A DNA stretch of 64,000 bases from assembly GCA_963841435.1 (NCBI GenBank), contig CAWJCS010000006.1:192001-256000 (forward strand), read 5' to 3'. The notes under the pieces were generated by a model. The model was given only the letters and a program-made list of their open reading frames with translations, was not told the DNA's origin and ran no database searches. Position numbers and translations under genes: made by a program. Numbering within the stretch: position 1 is the stretch's first letter; every line of letters starts with the position of its first letter. Below, piece after piece: positions 58,357 to 64,000 of the stretch. This DNA is from an uncultured delta proteobacterium (lineage in GTDB: Bacteria > Myxococcota_A > Polyangia > Polyangiales > Polyangiaceae).

Positions 58357-59550
58357 ATGCGCTCGAACGTACTCACGGTGATCGGCTTGTTGGCAGCGGG
58401 AGGACTCGTCGTCGTCGGCTGCGGCGGTGACGACGACAACAACGGCGGAACGGGTGGACGCGGCGGCGCGAGCGCGGGCCAGGCTGGAAAGGGCGGCGGA
58501 TCCGGAGCCGGACAAGGCGGCACGAGCGGCACCGGTGGCAAAGGCGGCTCCAGTGGCTCGGGCAACGCCGGCAGTGGCGGCACCAGTGCGGGCACCGCAG
58601 GCACGGGTGGCTCGAGCGGCACCGGTGGATCGACCGGCGGCACCGGAACCGGGGGAACGAGTGGCACGTTGACCGGTGGAGCGGCCGGTGAGGCGGGAGC
58701 CGGCGGCGAACCGTCGGGAGGTCAAGGCGGCGAGGGCGGTGCTGGACCGTCGCAGGACGTGATCGACCGCGGCGCGTACATCGTACGCCACCTCGCGCTG
58801 TGCGGAGGCTGCCACACGGCAACGAACGGCCTCGAGCTCGGCGGCAACCCCGCCTTCCGCGGCGGCGGGTTGCCCGCACCCAACCTGACGCCCGATCCGA
58901 CGGGCATCGGCGACTGGACCGATCGGCAGATCATCGACGCTTTGCGCAACGGCATCGACGACGAAGGGCGCCACCTCGACCCGAGCATGCCCTACTGGTT
59001 CTTCCACAACTTGAGCGATGACGACGCACGGGCCATCGTCGCATTCTTGCGTAGCCTGCCGCCGTCCTCCGGTGCAGTCGGCGATGCCAACCCGGACTTT
59101 GCAACGCCTCCCTCACCGCTCTCGCTGTCGGACTTCCCCGACTCGAGCCTCGGAGTGAGCGACGCGGACTACGTGGCAGCGCAGCAGGGTAAGTACCTGG
59201 TGAGCTCGGCGGCGCGCTGCGTGAGCTGCCACTCGACCTCGAGCGGCGGCCTGCCGCAGCAGAGCTTCTTCGCGGGCGTCGCGCCGAGCAACAGCACCAG
59301 CATCTTCGCTCCCAACATCACCCCGGACGCGACCGGCCTCTCCGGCTGGACCGCCGCCGACATCGCCACCGCGCTCCAGGAAGGCACCGACAAGAGCAAC
59401 GTCGCCCTCTGCGGCTCGATGCCTTCGGCGAGCAAGGGCTATGGGGGGCTCACCGACGAGGATGCCTACGCGATCGGCGTGTACATCACGACCATCCCGG
59501 CCGCCGCCAACTCGGCCGCCGACCCCAGCCTCGAGCCCGCCTGTCCCTGA
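58357..59550 (+). CDS. Diheme cytochrome c lipoprotein with Gly-rich linker
   Basis: LVVVGC; RGAY...CGGCH...APNLTPD...MP and GKYL...CVSCH...APNITPD...MP. Confidence 0.92.
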   Translation: MRSNVLTVIGLLAAGGLVVVGCGGDDDNNGGTGGRGGASAGQAGKGGGSGAGQGGTSGTGGKGGSSGSGNAGSGGTSAGTAGTGGSSGTGGSTGGTGTGGTSGTLTGGAAGEAGAGGEPSGGQGGEGGAGPSQDVIDRGAYIVRHLALCGGCHTATNGLELGGNPAFRGGGLPAPNLTPDPTGIGDWTDRQIIDALRNGIDDEGRHLDPSMPYWFFHNLSDDDARAIVAFLRSLPPSSGAVGDANPDFATPPSPLSLSDFPDSSLGVSDADYVAAQQGKYLVSSAARCVSCHSTSSGGLPQQSFFAGVAPSNSTSIFAPNITPDATGLSGWTAADIATALQEGTDKSNVALCGSMPSASKGYGGLTDEDAYAIGVYITTIPAAANSAADPSLEPACP

Positions 59551-59684
59551 CGATGCTTCGATCCCGAGCTCCGTGACTTCGTCGTTGGGGAGCACGGCCG
59601 CTCGTCGCGAGCGGCCGCGCAGCGGCGAGCGCGTGGACGGCGTCGCGGCTCCGACCCGGCTCTGACCAGCGTCGTCGTTGCCGG

Positions 59685-60104
59685 TCAGCGGCTTGCACCG
59701 GCGTAGCCGCCCTCGCCCGCGTTTCCCGCATCGCCGGAGCACAATGCGCCGTTCCGCAGCCAGCTCCCGTGACAGCAGTAAAAGGAGACGGAGCCGCAGT
59801 GGCTGGCGAGCCATTCCCACGTCGAGCAGGTGACGGTTTCATCGTTGCACGGGCCATAGGGCTCGAATCCGACGTCCACCGTCATGGCGGTGTTGGTAGC
59901 CTCGTCGTACCTGTAACAGCTGGCGGGTTTCTCACAGTTGGCGCCGTCGATGCTGCCACCCACACCGCCGCCTCCGGCAACGCCCGCGCCCCCCGCGTGC
60001 GCCGCGCCGTCGTCCTTCGGAGGGGTCTCGCTTCCGCACCCGAGACCTTGGCCGAGCGCCACTGCAAGAACGGAAGCGGCCCACAGCGCGCGTTGGCCGG
60101 CCAT
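59685..60104 (-). CDS. Small Cys-rich lipoprotein
   Basis: VLAVALGQGLGC, a Gly linker and a Cys-rich domain. Confidence 0.65.
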   Translation of the reverse strand: MAGQRALWAASVLAVALGQGLGCGSETPPKDDGAAHAGGAGVAGGGGVGGSIDGANCEKPASCYRYDEATNTAMTVDVGFEPYGPCNDETVTCSTWEWLASHCGSVSFYCCHGSWLRNGALCSGDAGNAGEGGYAGASR

Positions 60105-60448
60105 CCAGCCCCGAGCTTCGCACCGCGCGGCCCGCGCCGCCAGCCGAGCCCGACGTTGCTCAGTCTTCGAGCTTGATCGGCTCGAACTTCGACGCGAGCA
60201 CGTGGCTGACCGCGACGGCGAGCAGGTACGCGAGTCCCTTCGAGCCCCTCACGTGCGACAAGAGCCGCGTTCGAGGCCGCCGCCATGAGCTGAGGATTGC
60301 GCGAAGCCTCTTGGCTCAGGGATCGTTTTGAGGAGAGCGTCGCGCGACGCGTGCCTTTACATGCGCGGCGTGAGGATCGTAGGTTGCCGTCGGTTTCGAC
60401 CGGACCATCGGTCAGTTCCGAGCTGGGGTTTCCCGGGGTCTAGCGCAG

Positions 60449-60817
60449 ATGGGATCTTGCGAGCGACGTTCGTACAGCGCCAGGCGGTGGGCGATCGTCC
60501 TCGGTGCGTGCGTGGTGCCGGCTTGCGTGATCCTGGAGGACCGAGCCGAGATCGTCGGACCCGCGGGGTCAGGCGGTGAGGTGAGCGTCGGAGCTGCGGA
60601 CACGAGCGCGCGCGCCGGACAGGGTGGCGAGGTGGAAGGTGGTGCAGGCGGCGAGGGAGGCGCGGGCAAGCCAGCGGGGGCGGCGGGAGACGACGCGGGC
60701 GCGGCGGGCGAAGCGGGGCACGAGGAGCCGCCCGAGGTGGCCGGCGCAGCACCCATCAGCTCGGCGCATCGGTGGGAGTTATTGTCGCGACGGGCTGTGA
60801 ATTGTAACGAAAAGTGA
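60449..60817 (+). pseudogene. Lipoprotein N-terminal stub (signal and linker only)
   Basis: WAIVLGACVVPAC, then a Gly/Ala/Glu linker with no folded domain before the stop. Confidence 0.45.
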
Positions 60818-60978
60818 AGCTCGGTGTTTTTGCGACAATCAGGCGAGCGATTCTCAAGTGGCCTGCGCTTGCGCGCCCTCGTGCGCCTCGGCTATCGGGT
60901 ATCGCGCTGCACCCATTTCCGCGGGAGCGTCGCTCCCACACGTTGTCCGAGCACGAGCCTACGAGTAAGCTTTACACC

Positions 60979-62727
60979 GTGCGTTCTGTCCACAGCCACC
61001 GAAGACGGGGCTCGCCTCCGTCAGTTGCATGCGCACGCCGCGGTGCCGCTGCGTTGCTTGCTGGCATGAGCCTCGCTGGAACCGCAAGCGCCAAGCCCTT
61101 CATGGACTACCTCCAGCCGACGCCCATCGTCGCGCCGCTCAGCTCGGCAACCTGGGGTGTGGCGGGAGTGTTGCCGCGGGACCTGTCTAACGGCATCGAG
61201 AGCACCAAGGGTGCGGGCGTCCACCCAGACTACTACTACTGGGACGGACAGATCATCAGGGCCAAGGACGGCAAGTACCACCTGTTCATGAGCACGTTCT
61301 CGGGGGACACGAATTTCGGCACGGGCTGGTTGAACTCCGACGCCTACCATGCCGTCAGCCAAACCAACGTGCTCGGCCCCTACCAACGGCAAGACTACGT
61401 GTACAGCAACAACGGGTCGCACAAGGGACACAATGTCTCCGCGGTCGAGTTGCTGGACGGCACCTACGCGGTCATCGTCAGCGAGATCGTTCCCTTCACG
61501 ATCTACACGTCGAGCTCTCTCGACGGTCCGTGGACGGGCTGCCAACCCACGAGCCAAGTGGGGGCGTCCAATATCAGCCTCTTCGAGCGTCACGACGGCA
61601 GATTCGAAATCGTGGAGCGCAACGGGACCATCGCGATCTCCGACACCCTATGCGGTACGTACGTGAAGCAGAAGCCCACGTGCTCCTATACCCAGGCCGG
61701 TACTGACAGCATCTACCCGCAGCGGACCTCGATACCAGGCGTTTCCAATCCGACCTATACCTGGCAAGAGGATCCCCACATTTGGCGCAGCGGGGGCGTT
61801 TACCACGTCATCTATTCGGGTTCCGGAGATCGCGTTGGCTGGCACGTGTATTCGGTCGACGGCATCACGAATTGGCAGGATAACGGGTACGCTTGGTCTC
61901 CGCGCGATTACCAAAAGATCTTCTGTTACGAGGGCACCACCACCTGCACGCAGTGGTACAAGATGGAGCGCCCGAGCGTGGTTCTGCAAAATGGTCACCC
62001 CACCCACATCACCTGGGCCGTATCGGATGTTGACAAGGACAACCAGGTCCTACCCGGCACGAATCACGGCACCAAGATTGTCGTCGTGCCCTTCGACGGC
62101 GTGACTTTCGACAACGACTTTGGTGTCGACGGCTCCGGTGGTGCCGGGAGCGGTGGTGCTGGGAGCGGTGGTGCCGGGACCGGTGGTGCTGGGACCGGTG
62201 GTGCCGGGACCGGTGGTGCCGGGACCGGTGGTGCCGGGACCGGTGGTGCCGGGACCGGTGGTGCCGGGACCGGTGGTGCCGAGAACGGTGGCGCCGGGAC
62301 CGGTGGTGCCGAGAACGGTGGCGCCGGGACCGGTGGCGCGGGTGGAAATAGCGGAACAGCGGGCACCGCTACCGGCGGCAATGCCGTTGGCGGCTCGACG
62401 AGTGGATCGAACACCGGCGGGGCAACGATGGTCGTTGCGGGCATGGGTGGCCAAGCCGCAATGGGCGGCGCTTCGACCGCTGCTGGTGGCGCCGCGGCAG
62501 CAGGTGGGGCCGTAAGCAGTGGTGCAGGAGGGCAGTTGGCGACTGGTGGTCTACCTGCGGTTGCCGGGGCGGCAGCGTCGGGCGCTTCGAATACCGATGC
62601 CGGCGGTTGCGGTTGTCGAGCCGCGGGCGGGCCGTCGCCGTCGCAGTCGAAGGCATTCGCCATGTTGGGTATTCTCGCTGTGTTGGGCCGCAGGCGTTCC
62701 AGTCGCCGAAACAAGGCTAGGGGCTAG
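60979..62727 (+). CDS. Secreted five-bladed beta-propeller glycoside hydrolase (GH43-like) with Gly-rich linker and MYXO-CTERM-like anchor
   Basis: Signal ...LAGTASA; YWDG, DGKYHLF, LDGPW, EDPHIW and MERP; GCGC...MLGILAVLGRRR. Start uncertain. Confidence 0.8.
   Translation: MRSVHSHRRRGSPPSVACARRGAAALLAGMSLAGTASAKPFMDYLQPTPIVAPLSSATWGVAGVLPRDLSNGIESTKGAGVHPDYYYWDGQIIRAKDGKYHLFMSTFSGDTNFGTGWLNSDAYHAVSQTNVLGPYQRQDYVYSNNGSHKGHNVSAVELLDGTYAVIVSEIVPFTIYTSSSLDGPWTGCQPTSQVGASNISLFERHDGRFEIVERNGTIAISDTLCGTYVKQKPTCSYTQAGTDSIYPQRTSIPGVSNPTYTWQEDPHIWRSGGVYHVIYSGSGDRVGWHVYSVDGITNWQDNGYAWSPRDYQKIFCYEGTTTCTQWYKMERPSVVLQNGHPTHITWAVSDVDKDNQVLPGTNHGTKIVVVPFDGVTFDNDFGVDGSGGAGSGGAGSGGAGTGGAGTGGAGTGGAGTGGAGTGGAGTGGAGTGGAENGGAGTGGAENGGAGTGGAGGNSGTAGTATGGNAVGGSTSGSNTGGATMVVAGMGGQAAMGGASTAAGGAAAAGGAVSSGAGGQLATGGLPAVAGAAASGASNTDAGGCGCRAAGGPSPSQSKAFAMLGILAVLGRRRSSRRNKARG
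62131..62340 (+). repeat. Coding 15-bp tandem repeat (14 units; G[ST]GGA / ENGGA)
   Basis: gggaccggtggtgcc and variants in the linker. Confidence 0.9.
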
Positions 62728-62766
62728 GTCGCCCAAAGCGCCGGCCACCTCCCGGACTCGAACAGC

Positions 62767-63522
62767 TCAGCTGTTCGTCGCTGGGTCGTTCTTCTCGCTC
62801 GCTCGTCTCGTGCGCCCACCTTGGGCTCTCTTGTGCCGTGACTCGGCTAGTCGAAGCTCTTTGGCGATGCGCTCGATGGCGGCTTCCCGCGATTCGGTCG
62901 AGCGCCGCAGGTAGCCGAACGCGCCTACTGCGAGCGCGAGCCGCGCGGCGACGGCCGGTGCCGCGCGAGGCCCCTCCCATTTTCGGCCGAGCTCCTTCCT
63001 GATCGTGTCGTCGGTCAGCTGCGCGAAGGCGCCGTCGGCGCGCGCGAGTGAGGTGCGCACCGCATCGGCACCGGTGGCCTCGTACGTGACCTTGCGGCCG
63101 CTGGCGCCGAGCTCCACCTTGGGGCGCCCATACGCCCTCGTGGTCAGCCGTTCGCCCACCAGGCGCCCTTCGTCCGCCTGCGCGAGCCGAACGATCTCGT
63201 CCATCAGCATGCACAGGTTGGCGTCGTGACTCGTGGTGAAGGGCAACAAGGCCTGCTCCACCCACGTGGAGTGCTCCGGCGAGGGATCCACGACCGCGAG
63301 CACGGCCTGCTGCATGAGCAGGTACGCGTTCCATTGCTCGGGCGTCGGACTCGCGCCGGGCTCGAGACTCACGCCCGTCAGCGCTTCGAACGCTGCGCCG
63401 ATCGAGCCGAGGTTCTGGACGACCCCGGGGCCGACCGCGAGCACGCGCGATATATCGGATTTGCCCCCGATCGCCTTGGAAACGACCGGCTTTCCGCCTT
63501 TCCTGGTCCTGCTCGGTCGCAT
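62767..63522 (-). CDS. Hypothetical protein
   Basis: 251-aa ORF with protein-like composition and an upstream GAGGTAGG; no recognised motif. Confidence 0.6.
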   Translation of the reverse strand: MRPSRTRKGGKPVVSKAIGGKSDISRVLAVGPGVVQNLGSIGAAFEALTGVSLEPGASPTPEQWNAYLLMQQAVLAVVDPSPEHSTWVEQALLPFTTSHDANLCMLMDEIVRLAQADEGRLVGERLTTRAYGRPKVELGASGRKVTYEATGADAVRTSLARADGAFAQLTDDTIRKELGRKWEGPRAAPAVAARLALAVGAFGYLRRSTESREAAIERIAKELRLAESRHKRAQGGRTRRASEKNDPATNS

Positions 63523-63914
63523 GAGTGCGAGCCTACCTCATCGGAGGCGGTCGCCACAGGGTGTCACGCTGGCGCGTTGGTTTTGATCTGGAGGAGGTAG
63601 GGCCGCCCCGGTTTCCGCTACGATGACACGATACGACCTCTGCCGGAAGAGCGGCGACAAGCTCCTCGTCGTCACCGTGCTCGACACCTGCGCCGACAGC
63701 GGCCCCGAACCCCATGGTATTCTCCGCGCTCGGGAGGCCTGGTGGCACATCGACTGACATGCCCGTGTACGACAGCAAAGTGACCGTCTCTGACGATCAA
63801 ACGCGCATGGGCGGGTGGTGCCGGCGGCTTCGAGCTCCAACTCGTGTCCCAGTTCGTCGGTCGCTTCCCACCGCTCACCACCTACTACCTCGCGCTCGGT
63901 GATCTCGGCTTCCT

Positions 63915-64000
63915 GTGAAAAAGCTCCTGTCACTTGCGCTCCTCCTCGCCGCCTGTGGCGGGAGAACCGGATTCACGATCGACGACCTCCCCACGGACGC
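63915..64000 (+). CDS. Lipoprotein, 5' end only (runs off the window)
   Basis: GTG at 63915: MKKLLSLALLLAACGGRTGFTIDD. Confidence 0.7.
   Translation, partial: MKKLLSLALLLAACGGRTGFTIDDLPTD

Noticed and set aside
63623-63757. 44-aa ORF MTRYDLCRKSGDKLLVVTVLDTC...
   Set aside because: It is too short, has no motif, and the nearest GGAGG is ~25 bp upstream, so it cannot be supported.

Overview
High-GC bacterial DNA that looks myxobacterial (Polyangiaceae/Sorangium-like). This is inferred from many lipoproteins with Gly/Ser-rich linkers, MYXO-CTERM-like tails, a poly-HAMP hybrid kinase and a membrane Ser/Thr kinase. The left ~9 kb is rearranged accessory DNA: a 3'-truncated astacin lipoprotein missing from the ORF track, a split secreted protein, a ~1.15 kb mosaic tandem duplication, an intact IS630 and a leaderless, cas-less CRISPR fragment joined to a broken methyltransferase gene. 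The middle holds detox/regulatory genes, a GH11 xylanase, a partly degenerate signalling cluster, a coupled operon (asparaginase-like lipoprotein, CPA antiporter, CPA antiporter fused to a P-loop NTPase/wHTH, MscS) and kdpDE-kup without kdpABC. The right part holds a DUF4910-like gene with an in-frame TAG, a formyltransferase, GH5, CHAP, CAP, diheme cytochrome and beta-propeller hydrolase genes, and a 21-bp tandem repeat with a short dispersed relative near 17.4 kb. About ten accessory-gene frameshifts, many in homopolymers, could be sequencing errors. No rRNA or tRNA was recognised. Family calls come from motif recognition by eye, not from database searches.
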